32,000 nt of DNA, from contig NC_003902.1 of assembly GCF_000007145.1 (NCBI RefSeq), positions 3,326,497 through 3,358,496 on the forward strand, in the 5' to 3' direction. Shown in pieces: positions 7,944-17,512 of this stretch. Source of the stretch: Xanthomonas campestris pv. campestris str. ATCC 33913 (GTDB lineage Bacteria; Pseudomonadota; Gammaproteobacteria; Xanthomonadales; Xanthomonadaceae). The position numbers and the translations under genes were made by a program. The notes under the pieces are model-generated. The model was not told the DNA's origin, ran no database searches, and saw nothing but the letters and a program-made list of their open reading frames with translations. Position 1 is the first letter of the stretch; each line of letters opens with the position of its first letter.

Positions 7944-9440
7944 TCAGCCCCAGGTGCTTTGATCCACCTTGCAGTAGCTGTCGATAAACGCCTGCTGGGT
8001 CGGCAGCTGTGTCACCACGTGCTGCAGTGGCTGGCGGATGCCATCCAGCAACTGCTGCAGATGCTGGTCGGGCAAGGCGCGCGTCAACGGATGATGCTGC
8101 GCGGGCGCAACGCGCTGGCCGAGCAGCACATGCGTCCAGGAATCGACACGGAACAGTTCGTCGCCATCCTGCCAAGCATGGGCGCCCTCGCGCCATGCAC
8201 GCAGGCGCAGCTGCAGCGATTCCGGCAATTCCATCGCGCGGCATTGCCGCCACAGCGCCTCCTCGCGCTGGGTGGCGTGGTAATGCAGGATCACGAAATC
8301 GCGCACGTGCTCGGCTTCGGCGCGGCTGATGCGGTTGAACAGGTCCACCTGCGGTTGCGCGATGCCATCGGCGGGGAACAGCGTGATCAGGCGCATCACC
8401 GCCACGATCGCCAGATGGATGCTGGTGGATTCCAGTGGCTCCACGAAACCGCTCGCCAGGCCCAGCGCCACCACGTTCTTGTTCCAGGTCTGCAGCCGGC
8501 GGCCGGTGACGAACGGCACCAGCATCGGGTCGCGCCGTGGCGTGCCTTGCACCGCTGCCAACAGCATGGCGCTGGCTTCATCGTCGGAGAGGTGCGCCCG
8601 TGCGTAGACCAGCCCGTTGCCCACGCGATGCTGCAGCGGAATCTGCCAGCGCCAGCCGGCCGCATGCGCAATCGCGCGTGTATACGGCACCGGCGGCTCC
8701 ACCGATTCGGTCTGCACCGCAACTGCACGGTCGCAGGGCAGCCAATGGCTCCAGTCTTCATAGCCGGTGTGCAGGGTCTGCTCGATCAGCAGCCCGCGAA
8801 AACCGGTGCAATCGATGAACAGGTCGCCCTCGACCACTTGCCCGTCTTCCAGCACCAGCGCCTCGACGAAGCCGCTATCGGCATGCTGGCGCACCTGCTG
8901 GATCTTGCCCTCGATGCGGGTGGCGCCATAGCGCTGCGCGTGGGTGCGCAGAAAGCGCGCATACAGGCCGGCATCCAGATGGTAGGCATAGTTCACCGCG
9001 GGCTGCTGCAGCACCGCGAAGCGGTCCGCACGCGCGGCCTGCGCTTCCAGGCAGTACTCGTCGAAGCCGCTGTGCATGCCACGCCGCTGCGCCTCCAGCC
9101 AGAAGTGGTGGAAGGCGCACACCAGCGTGCCCTGCCCGGTGCTGCCAAACGGGTGGATGTAGCGATCACCCTGGCCTTGCCAGTCCTCAAAAGAGATGGC
9201 CAGCTTGAAGGTGCCGGCTACCGCACGCAGGAATTCCTGCTCGTCGATCTGCAGGAAGCGATGAAACGCGCGGATCGGCGGCACGGTGGATTCGCCCACG
9301 CCAATCGTGCCGATCTGCTCGGATTCCACCAGCACGATCTCCAGCAGCCCGCGAAACTGATGCGCCAGCGCGGCGGCGGCAACCCACCCGGCGGTGCCAC
9401 CGCCGGCAATGACAACCTTGCGAATGCGTGCCTGCGTCAC
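7944..9440 (-). CDS. Flavin-dependent tryptophan-halogenase-family protein
   Basis: 498 aa with a GTG start. Motifs present: GGGTAGW (GxGxxG FAD motif), Lys79 in GTFKLAISFEDW, GWRWQIP (WxWxIP), and FVEPLESTSI. Confidence 0.9.
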   Translation of the reverse strand: MTQARIRKVVIAGGGTAGWVAAAALAHQFRGLLEIVLVESEQIGTIGVGESTVPPIRAFHRFLQIDEQEFLRAVAGTFKLAISFEDWQGQGDRYIHPFGSTGQGTLVCAFHHFWLEAQRRGMHSGFDEYCLEAQAARADRFAVLQQPAVNYAYHLDAGLYARFLRTHAQRYGATRIEGKIQQVRQHADSGFVEALVLEDGQVVEGDLFIDCTGFRGLLIEQTLHTGYEDWSHWLPCDRAVAVQTESVEPPVPYTRAIAHAAGWRWQIPLQHRVGNGLVYARAHLSDDEASAMLLAAVQGTPRRDPMLVPFVTGRRLQTWNKNVVALGLASGFVEPLESTSIHLAIVAVMRLITLFPADGIAQPQVDLFNRISRAEAEHVRDFVILHYHATQREEALWRQCRAMELPESLQLRLRAWREGAHAWQDGDELFRVDSWTHVLLGQRVAPAQHHPLTRALPDQHLQQLLDGIRQPLQHVVTQLPTQQAFIDSYCKVDQSTWG

Positions 9441-9477
9441 TGCGCGTTCCTCGAAGAAGGGTGAAAAGTGAACCTGA

Positions 9478-10509
9478 TCAGCGATTGAGCCGGGCGATCA
9501 GCAGTGCGCGCAGTTGCCGCGCGAGCGCCGGGTCGATGGTGCCCAGCACCTGCCGCGCGGCCTCGGGCAGATGTGCGCCAGCCTGCTCGGCTGGACCGAA
9601 TACGTAGTAATCGAACACTGCGCGCCAGGCGGCTTTTTCCGCGGCGGGCCGGTCGCGGATGGACCACAGCGCGTGATACAGCGCCGGCATCGGTGCGGGC
9701 ACGTGCGCGGGCATGCTGCCCCACCAGTAATTGACCAGCACGTTGAAGGGCTGCAGCGCCATCACGTGGTGCCACCACATGCTGGGAATGAACACCGCAT
9801 TGCCCGGCTGCAACACGGCGGTACGCGCATGCGGCAACGCCTGCGCAAAGCGCGGATAGCGCTGCAGATCGGGCGCGGCCAGGTCCACCATGCTCACCAC
9901 CTGCCCGCCCGGCGTCGGCTCCAACGGCCCGGGATACAGGTTGGCAATCTGCTCTGGCGGAAACAGCGTGAAGCGCCGCTGCCCCACCGCGCAGCAGGCG
10001 AGATTATTCGGCACGTCGTAATGGCACGAGGCGACCACGCGGTTGCCGATCCAGATGCTCGGCTGCACGTTGCTGCCGCTGGCGCGCATGTCCAGGTCGT
10101 TGCCCGCACGCAGCCCGGGCAGGTAGTCATCGACCGGCAGCGAGGCCAGGTAATAGGTGGGCGGCTGCGCATCGTTGCGATGCGCTTCAATCGCCTCCAG
10201 CACACTGCCCAAGCTGCCACGGCGCACTTCGAAGTTGAGGTCGGTGACGTCATCGGTGTAGAACGGGCGCCCGGCAATCTCCGGGCCGCCATACGAATAT
10301 TGCAGCGGCTGCGCACGGTCGAACCTGCGCAACACAGCCATTGCCTCGGCATCGCCACGCTGGCCGGCCTGCACCAGCTGCCAGTCGCGTGCCACCCCGC
10401 GCAACACCACCGGCTGCGCTGCGGCACAGAGCGCGGCCAGCGGCAGCGCATCGGCCGTGCAATCGCTGCGCTCGGCAATTGGTGCCATGGCGTCGAACGG
10501 CGTGGTCAT
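9478..10509 (-). CDS. JmjC/cupin-like Fe(II)-oxygenase-fold protein
   Basis: 343 aa with ATG at 10509. A putative facial triad is HYD in ASCHYDVPNN plus a His in SMWWHHVMAL. The gene starts 10 bp after the SapC stop and ends 37 bp before the halogenase start. Confidence 0.85.
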   Translation of the reverse strand: MTTPFDAMAPIAERSDCTADALPLAALCAAAQPVVLRGVARDWQLVQAGQRGDAEAMAVLRRFDRAQPLQYSYGGPEIAGRPFYTDDVTDLNFEVRRGSLGSVLEAIEAHRNDAQPPTYYLASLPVDDYLPGLRAGNDLDMRASGSNVQPSIWIGNRVVASCHYDVPNNLACCAVGQRRFTLFPPEQIANLYPGPLEPTPGGQVVSMVDLAAPDLQRYPRFAQALPHARTAVLQPGNAVFIPSMWWHHVMALQPFNVLVNYWWGSMPAHVPAPMPALYHALWSIRDRPAAEKAAWRAVFDYYVFGPAEQAGAHLPEAARQVLGTIDPALARQLRALLIARLNR

Positions 10510-10519
10510 CTGCGTGGGC

Positions 10520-11278
10520 TCACGCGTGCGCGGCGGCAGGTGTGGCAGTGGCCTGCTGCAGACGACGCTGTTTTTCAGCCATCAAGCGGCGCAGATTGTG
10601 CTGCGAGGCCAGCATCAGGAAGGCACCTTCCAGGTAACCGGCCTGATGCAGCTGATGCAGTGCATGCGCGTCGAGGGATGCCAGGCGTTCGCGGTCGATG
10701 GCATACAGCCCGTCCAGATGCGCGCCGTGGTTGGCGTCCAGCGTGATGTCCAGCCGCACCGGCTGGATCAACCCGAGCGCATCGAACGCCGCGCACATCG
10801 GCTGCCCGGCATCCATGCCATCACGGATGCCGCGCAACACATCGATGATGTGCTGCAGATACGGGCTATGACCGCCCTGCGGCAAGAACACCGGCTCGCC
10901 GTCCGTGCGGCTCAGGCGCGGATGCTCCAGGTCGACATGGATCACCGGCTCCTGTACCAGCGCGCCATCGATGCGCTGCTCCTGGAAGCCGATCAAAAAT
11001 GGCCCTTTGGCAATGATTCCCGGCAGGTAGCTGGCATTCCAGCGCTGGTCCTGCAGGAAGAGGTTCTCGTCGTGCGCAAAGCCCAGCACCGCCACAGCCT
11101 GGTATGCGCCGCTGGCGGGATCCTTGCGAAAGAACAGAGGGTATTCGCGCTGCAACTCGGCAAATTCGGTGACGAAGGCCGGCACCAGGCCAACCGCATC
11201 GCCAAACTGCGCCCCGAACTGCAGGATGACGCGCACATCGTGATGCGCCACATTGTTGAGCACTGCGTATCGCGTCAT
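10520..11278 (-). CDS. SapC-family protein
   Basis: ORF 10520..11461 trimmed to the ATG at 11278 (MTRYAVLNNVAHHDVRVILQFGAQFGD...), with GGAG 5 nt upstream. The N-terminal pattern and ~250-aa length match SapC-family proteins as I recall them next to TBDR genes. Confidence 0.8.
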   Translation of the reverse strand: MTRYAVLNNVAHHDVRVILQFGAQFGDAVGLVPAFVTEFAELQREYPLFFRKDPASGAYQAVAVLGFAHDENLFLQDQRWNASYLPGIIAKGPFLIGFQEQRIDGALVQEPVIHVDLEHPRLSRTDGEPVFLPQGGHSPYLQHIIDVLRGIRDGMDAGQPMCAAFDALGLIQPVRLDITLDANHGAHLDGLYAIDRERLASLDAHALHQLHQAGYLEGAFLMLASQHNLRRLMAEKQRRLQQATATPAAAHA

Positions 11279-11557
11279 CGAAACTCCGGCGGGTAAGTGG
11301 CCTGCCCGGCCCTCTCCGCTGTAAGGCGGCGGTGGAGCGGCCGCTGCATCAAGCGTCTGCTGCAGGCGAGCATTGCGAAAAAGCGCGCCGCCGGCAAGCC
11401 GCACAGCACCATGCAGCTGCAGACGTGCACGCACCGCATCCGCGTGCGGCACGCGCAGCACGCTCGCCAGGCGAGGCGCATTGACGCACCGGCCTCAAGC
11501 GGTGCGGCAAGCGCAGTGCGCAGCTGCCGTAGACCGGCAACTGCGCCCCATCCGCGG

Positions 11558-14500
11558 TTAGAACGCGTAGCGCACGCCCAGCGTATAGCGCGGTTGCTGG
11601 TCGATCAGGCGGATGATCTGCTTGTCCGATCGCCCGTGCCAGCGCACGTCCTCGCCCGTCAGGTTGATGGCTTCAAAGCCGATCGACAGCTGCTTGCTGA
11701 AGGCGTAGCTGACACTGAGGTCCCACTGCTGGTACGCCTCGACGTAGTACGGGTTGCGGTTGGAATTGTCCTGGTTGGCGGCGATCAGATACTCGTCGCG
11801 CCAGTTCCATGCCAGACGCGCGCTGAAGCCGTACTTTTCGTACATCAGCATGGCATTGGCGGTGTCGCTCAAGCCCAGCAAGGCGAACTGGTCGCGGTCG
11901 ATCACGGTGTTGTCGAAGCCGACATCGCCTTCCACGATGGTGTAGTTGGCGTAGATGCCGAAGCCGCTGCTGCCGAAGAAGTACTGCCCTCCCAGTTCCC
12001 AGCCATGAATATTGGCCTTGTTCTGGTTGATCGGCCGCGAGACATCGAACTGATACAGCGGGTCGCTACTGTTGCCGGTGATGTCGTAAGCGTTCTCCAG
12101 CGCCAGGCTCTGCGCGGAGCTCCCGTTGTAGGCACCCAGGCCGCCGGTGGCTGCGGCGTTGCGCAACAACGCCATGGCCGCGAACAGCGAGGTGTCGTTG
12201 GCCGAACACGCCGCGGCAACGTCATTGCCGGACGCACCCACCTGGGCTGCGCAGGCACCGCTTTGCAGGAAGGCCAACGCCGCCTGCGCATCCGGCCCGG
12301 AGGTAGGGTCGGTGAGCCCGTACAGCGATTCGCGCGACACCGTGTTGCCGATGAAGTTGCTGACGCGCTTGTTCCAGAACGTGGCCGACACATAGCTGGC
12401 GTCGGCGAAGTACCACTCCAGCGCCAGGTCGAGGTTGTCCGATTCCAGCGGATCGAGCTGCGGGTTCTGCGAGTCGCCACCGGCACGGTTGGAGGGGTTG
12501 ATCAGGATCGAACCGTTGGGCGTGTTGGGCGTGGGCCCGGCAATCAGGTTGTTGTAGGGTGCGCGCGCAATGGTCTGGCCGAACGAGGCACGCCCCTTCA
12601 GCTGGTCGGTGATGTCGATGCTGAAATCGAGATTGGGCAGGATGTAGTTGTAGCTGGTCTTTTCACTGAAGGGCTGCAGCTCTGCCGAACGGACCAGCTG
12701 GAAGTCGTTGTTGGACTGCCACAGCAAACCGGTTGGCGTGGCCACCTGCGACACCGATTCCACATCGGTGCGCTCGTAGCGCAGGCCCAGCCGCGTATTG
12801 GTGGTCATGCCGGCGATATCGCCCTGCAATTCCAGCTGCACGTACGCCGCGCGGGTCTTCTCTTCCACCTGGTTATCGGCGCTGTATTGCGGGTTGTAGC
12901 GCGTGGTGGCGCCGTACTGGCTGCCACCCCACAACGCGAGTTGGTCGGCATCGCCACGCCAGGCGCTGGGCGCCGCGCCATTGGCATTGAAGTCCTTGAA
13001 CATGCCGGTGATGCTGACCGGCTGCAGCAACGCCACCATGCCCGGCTCATTGCCGGCATTGGCCACGCTCCAGTCACCGAGCGTGGAGTTGGTGTCGCTG
13101 GTGAGCCGGTTCATCTTGGTATTGGCCGAGCTCACGCCGAACTGGAAGCGGCCGTCGTCGAAGTCGAACGTGCCGTCCACACGCCCTTCCTTGATCTCGT
13201 TCACCTGCGATTGGTAGTAGATGCGCAACACCTGCGAGCCCAGGTTGCCCGCGGTGAAGTCCGGGTTGACCACGCCATTGGTGCCGGCCAGCGAATCGGC
13301 CGCGGTGGGGTACCAGGTGCGTGCGCCGATCGGCAGCGAATTGTTGAACCACAACTCCTGGCCCCACTGCCCGCCGCACAGCGGGCCGCTGGCGCAGTTG
13401 TTGGTGCCGGCAAGGCTGAAATAGGTGGCGCTGCCGCCGGTGACCGGGTCGTTGGGCAGGCTCTTGGTCTTGGAGTTGTGCGCATCGAAACTCAGCTGGA
13501 AGCGGTCGCTCACCTGCCAGTCCGCGTTGAAGCCGAGCGAGCCGAGCGTGTACTTCTGCTCGTTGCGCTGCTGCTCCATGCCGAAGTCCTTGGCACCACT
13601 GGGCACATCGCGCAGATACACCGGCGTGGCCACGGCCTGGCCGGTATCGAAGGTCAGGTCGGTGAAGCTGTTGGCGCGCTGCAGCCAGATGCCCTGCTCG
13701 CCACGCTCCTCGCGGATTTCATTGGACGAATAGGTGTAGTCCAGGGTCAAGGTCAGGCTATCGGTGGGCGCAAACTGCATCACCGCCTGGCCATTCATGC
13801 GCTCGCGCTGGAAGTCGGCGAACGCGTAGCGGAGGTCATTGGGCATGCCGTACAGCTGGCCGATCGCCGGTGCGTTGGTCACCACCGCATCCGGACGCAG
13901 CGCGGGATCGGTGCCGGTCCAGCGCTGGATATTCCAGGTGTTTTCGGTGGCCTGCACCGAGCCGCCATGGCGCTTCTGGTAGCTGGCGCTCAGGCCGATA
14001 CCGAAGGTCTTGTCGGGGTTGGTGTAGCTGAAGATGCCCGACACTTCGGGGGTGAGCGAATCGCCGAATGGCTGCGAGCGGTCAGACACCATCTTGGCGC
14101 CGGCATTGGCCACCACGCCGGAATGGTTGAACGGCTTGTCGGTCTGGATATTGATGGTGGCGCCGATGCCGCCGCTGGGCGCCGTGGCGCGGCTGGTCTT
14201 GTAGACCTCGATGCCGGTGATCGCTTCAGAGGCCAGCTGCGCGAAGTTGAACGCGCGCGTGCCCACGTCTACGCCGCCGATTGGCGTTTGGCCCGGTGCG
14301 CCGAAGGCGTCCGCACCCGGGATCAAGCGCCCGTTGAGCGTGACCGTATTGAACTGCGGGCCGAAGCCACGCGCGGTGACCTGCGCGCCCTCGCCATCGC
14401 GGCGTTCGATCGAGATACCGGTGATGCGTTGCAGCGACTCGGCCAGATTGGTATCCGGGAATTTGCCGATGTCTTCAGCGCTGATCGCATCCACCACGCC

Positions 14501-14713
14501 GGCGGCGTCGCGCTTGATGCCCATCGACTGGTCCAGGCTGCTGCGGATGCCGGTGACGTTGACGGTGTCGAGCGTGGTAGCAGCGTCGCTGCTGGACTGT
14601 GGCGGCGGTGCTTGCGGCGTCGTGTCCTGCGCAAAGGCGGGATTGATGACCAGCAAACCGCCAACGAAGGTGAACATGGCCTTCGACTTGAAGCTCTTCA
14701 ACGTACGACGCAT
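11558..14713 (-). CDS. TonB-dependent outer-membrane receptor
   Basis: ORF trimmed to the ATG at 14713, with GAGGA upstream. Signal peptide MRRTLKSFKSKAMFTFVGGLLVINPAFA. TonB-box-like TLDTVNVTG and plug-domain motifs are present. The ~1050-aa beta-barrel ends in ...YTLGVRYAF with a terminal aromatic residue. Confidence 0.95.
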   Translation of the reverse strand: MRRTLKSFKSKAMFTFVGGLLVINPAFAQDTTPQAPPPQSSSDAATTLDTVNVTGIRSSLDQSMGIKRDAAGVVDAISAEDIGKFPDTNLAESLQRITGISIERRDGEGAQVTARGFGPQFNTVTLNGRLIPGADAFGAPGQTPIGGVDVGTRAFNFAQLASEAITGIEVYKTSRATAPSGGIGATINIQTDKPFNHSGVVANAGAKMVSDRSQPFGDSLTPEVSGIFSYTNPDKTFGIGLSASYQKRHGGSVQATENTWNIQRWTGTDPALRPDAVVTNAPAIGQLYGMPNDLRYAFADFQRERMNGQAVMQFAPTDSLTLTLDYTYSSNEIREERGEQGIWLQRANSFTDLTFDTGQAVATPVYLRDVPSGAKDFGMEQQRNEQKYTLGSLGFNADWQVSDRFQLSFDAHNSKTKSLPNDPVTGGSATYFSLAGTNNCASGPLCGGQWGQELWFNNSLPIGARTWYPTAADSLAGTNGVVNPDFTAGNLGSQVLRIYYQSQVNEIKEGRVDGTFDFDDGRFQFGVSSANTKMNRLTSDTNSTLGDWSVANAGNEPGMVALLQPVSITGMFKDFNANGAAPSAWRGDADQLALWGGSQYGATTRYNPQYSADNQVEEKTRAAYVQLELQGDIAGMTTNTRLGLRYERTDVESVSQVATPTGLLWQSNNDFQLVRSAELQPFSEKTSYNYILPNLDFSIDITDQLKGRASFGQTIARAPYNNLIAGPTPNTPNGSILINPSNRAGGDSQNPQLDPLESDNLDLALEWYFADASYVSATFWNKRVSNFIGNTVSRESLYGLTDPTSGPDAQAALAFLQSGACAAQVGASGNDVAAACSANDTSLFAAMALLRNAAATGGLGAYNGSSAQSLALENAYDITGNSSDPLYQFDVSRPINQNKANIHGWELGGQYFFGSSGFGIYANYTIVEGDVGFDNTVIDRDQFALLGLSDTANAMLMYEKYGFSARLAWNWRDEYLIAANQDNSNRNPYYVEAYQQWDLSVSYAFSKQLSIGFEAINLTGEDVRWHGRSDKQIIRLIDQQPRYTLGVRYAF

Positions 14714-15330
14714 CGATGTGTCCTCGGGTGGTGTGCAACTGCCCACGGCCGTGCGCGCGACATGCGACACCGCCACTGTCTTTGCCGGCATCCCTGCGGA
14801 TGTCCGGCGAACTGCCTGCAGCAAGTTCTGTGATCCCCTGCGGTGCAACTCAACGACGGATCCCCCGAGCCAGTCGTGTCCTGCCCGTCGCGTACGACGG
14901 CGACTTCCTCTCTGATCCGTTCCAGCTGATGACTGCGCCAGTGGCCCTGCTCTGCAACAGCCGCTGGCGTGATAGCGCTAACACGCGGCGCAGCCTAATC
15001 ACCGGCAACAGCGCTTGTCACCGTGCGTTGCAGCAAATCTTTAACAACCCGACCGGGCCTGCAAACAACGCTGCGCTTGAGCCCGCAGCGCAGCTTCAAC
15101 AACGGCGTGGCTGTAAGCGTTACCAAGCACGCCTCGAAAACACACCGCCAAAACGCGCTGAAAACAGGCCGCATAACCGTTGCAGGCGTGACCATGCCGA
15201 CACTTGCGCAAGCGCCCTGCCAACGCGGCCGGATGTGGATCGCTTATCGAAGAACGATGCGACGGTGCGGGCCGCAACCCGCGTGCGCAGTGCTGCGTGC
15301 AAACGGTGGCGTTGCTGCAAGGCGCGCACG

Positions 15331-15367
15331 ACAACGGCGCAATCGCTGCAATCGATTGCGCCGTTGT
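15331..15367. other. Perfect 15-bp-stem inverted repeat (ACAACGGCGCAATCG-N7-CGATTGCGCCGTTGT)
   Basis: Read directly from the sequence. It lies between the peptidase terminator and the TBDR upstream region. Confidence 0.6.
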
Positions 15368-15396
15368 GGCCTTGCTCAACAGTGCGTGCCGTCAGG

Positions 15397-15419
15397 AAAA
15401 AGCGCGCAGCAATGCGCGC
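15397..15419 (-). terminator. Rho-independent terminator of the M1 peptidase gene
   Basis: On the minus strand: GCGCGCA-TTGC-TGCGCGC followed by TTTTT, starting 21 nt after the TAG stop at 15440-15442. Confidence 0.6.
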
Positions 15420-15439
15420 GACGGCGGCGGTGCTGGCGC

Positions 15440-17431
15440 CTAGCGGGCAAGCTCCAGCGTGTTGTCGGCACGTGCCGCATCCGGCAGTGCATGGTCTGGG
15501 TCCAGGCGCACGCGCAGTACTTTCTGCGTAGTCGCCAGCGTGAGCTTGGGTGCGGTCTGCTGCAGCCAGGCTTCCACCGGTACCCGCCGGTCCAGATGGC
15601 TGCCGTCTGCCAGGTCCGCGCGCAGCGTGACCGGCATCACCAGCCGCTGCCGGCTGCGCAGGGTGACCTGCACGCCCTTCGCCGGGTCCTGGTCCACGTA
15701 GTGCGCCTCGCTGATGCCCATGTCCAGCTGCCAGTTGTTGAAGTACCAGCCCCGCCACCACCAGCTCAGGTCCTCGCCGCTTTCGCTTTCCATCAAACGA
15801 AAGAAATCCGAGGGTGTCGGATGCTTGAACGCCCAGGTGGCGATGTATTTGCGAAAGGCCGGATCAAAGCGCGCAGGCCCCAGGATTTGTTCGCGCAACA
15901 ACACCAGGCCCAGCGCACCCTTGAAGTAGGTCAAGGGGTGGCGGTAGGTCTCGCTGGTGGCATCGGCGGTGTCCATCAAGGTCGGTGCGTTGGCGTCGGC
16001 CAGCAACGGCAAGATTTCGTCCACCGGGTTGCCGCCCTTGGGCGCATATTCCGAGTCGCGCTTGGGGGCGTATTCGCCCTTGTTGAAGGCATCCGATGCG
16101 TAGACGTCGATGAAGGTGTTGAACCCTTCGTCCATGAAGGCATGCCGGCGCTCGTTGGAACCGACAATCATCGGGAACCAGGTGTGGCCGATCTCGTGTG
16201 CGGTGATCCAGAACAGGTCCTTGCCGCCATCGTCGAACCCGTCGAACACGATGCCCGGATACTCCATACCCGCGCCGTAGCCACCCAGGTTGATCGCGGC
16301 CGGCCACGGGTATGGGTACCACTGCGAAAAATGCTCGATCGCACCTTTGACGTACTCGGTGGAGCGGTTCCATTTCGCCTCGCCCACGCCTTCCACCGGA
16401 TACACCGACATCGCCAGCGACTGCTTGCCATCGGGCAGATTGATACGCGCGGCATCCCACACGAAGGCCGGCGACGCGGCGAAGGCCACATCGCGGGTGG
16501 TGTCCATGTGGAACCGCCAGGTACGCGTGCGCGTGCTTGCCGGCGCCGCAGCACGCGCGGCTACCTCGGCGGGCGTGCGAATCAGCACGGTACGATCGCT
16601 GCCGCGTGCCTGGGCCAGGCGTTGCTGTTCGGTACGGCTGAGCACCTCATCGGGATTGGTCAGCGCGCCGGAGCCGGCCACCAGAAATCCGTCGGGCACC
16701 GTCACCGCGTAGTCGAAGCTGCCGTATTCCAGATAGAACTCCGAGCCCAGATACGGCTGCGTGTCCCAGCCACGCAGGTCGTCGTACACGGCCATGCGCG
16801 GGTACCACTGCGCAATCTCGTAGATCTCGCCCTGCTTGCTGTTGCTCACCGCCGTGCGCCCACCCCAGGTGCCGGGAATGCGGTAGCGGTAGCGGATATG
16901 CACGGTGAGCGCCTTGCCCTGCCCGGCCAGTGGCTGCGGCAGGTCCACGCGCAGGCGCGTGTCGTCCACCAAGAACGGTACCGCCTGTCGGCGCCCGCCG
17001 CTGTCCACCTCGACGCTGGCGATCTGCATGCCCTCGGTGGTCTGGGAGCGGCGCGATGGCCGGCTGGCGGCAGCACGCGCGTCGGCACGGTAGCGGTTCT
17101 GGTCCAGCTGCAGCCACAGCACGTCGAGCGTGTCCGGGCTGTGGTTGGTGTAGCGGATCGCCGCTTCCCCGGTGAGGGTGTGGGTGGCCGGGTCGATCTA
17201 CGCGCTGAGGTCGTAGTCGGCCCGGTTCTGCCAGAACAGCGGCCCCGGCTTACCGCTGCCGCCGCGATACGCGTTGGGCGCATCGGGCAGCTGCAAGGGC
17301 GCGAACAGCGCCAGCGGGTCGAACGGGCTGGCCGCTGCAGGAGCGGCCGCTGGCGGGGCCGCCAGTGCAGTGAACGAAAGACACGCGAGTGCAAGCGCAA
17401 CAGCCAGCGAGCGGCGCACGGTGGGGAACAT
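15440..17431 (-). pseudogene. Secreted M1-family zinc metallopeptidase (aminopeptidase-N fold) interrupted by an in-frame TAG
   Basis: ORF 17198..17482 carries a signal peptide from the ATG at 17431 (MFPTVRRSLAVALALACLSFTALAAPP). ORF 15440..17122 is in the same frame. The reading ...NRADYDLSA-TAG-IDPATHTLTGEAAIRYTNHSPDTLDVLWLQLDQN... is continuous across the stop at 17198-17200. The gluzincin motif HEIGH-X18-E (ITAHEIGHTWFPMIVGSNERRHAFMDEG) is present. Confidence 0.85.
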
Positions 17432-17512
17432 GCGAAGTCCTGCGACGAGGGGGGACAACCATCCTACGGCGGCCCACCTCATCCAGGCACTGCCATTGGT
17501 CCCGGTGCGCGC

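Noticed and set aside
11297-14833. 1178-aa ORF on the plus strand
   Set aside because: It is antisense to the well-supported TonB-dependent receptor gene. The translation is a low-complexity Arg/Ala/Gly/Val-rich string with no motifs. This is a typical shadow ORF of a high-GC genome.
14937-14945. A GCCACTGGC motif on the TBDR sense strand, reminiscent of the GCCACUG core of cobalamin riboswitches
   Set aside because: The other conserved riboswitch elements are absent from the minus-strand leader as I read it. These are the GGUG..AA..CC stem region, the GGGAAG element, and the B12 box AGCCAGGAGACCUGCC.
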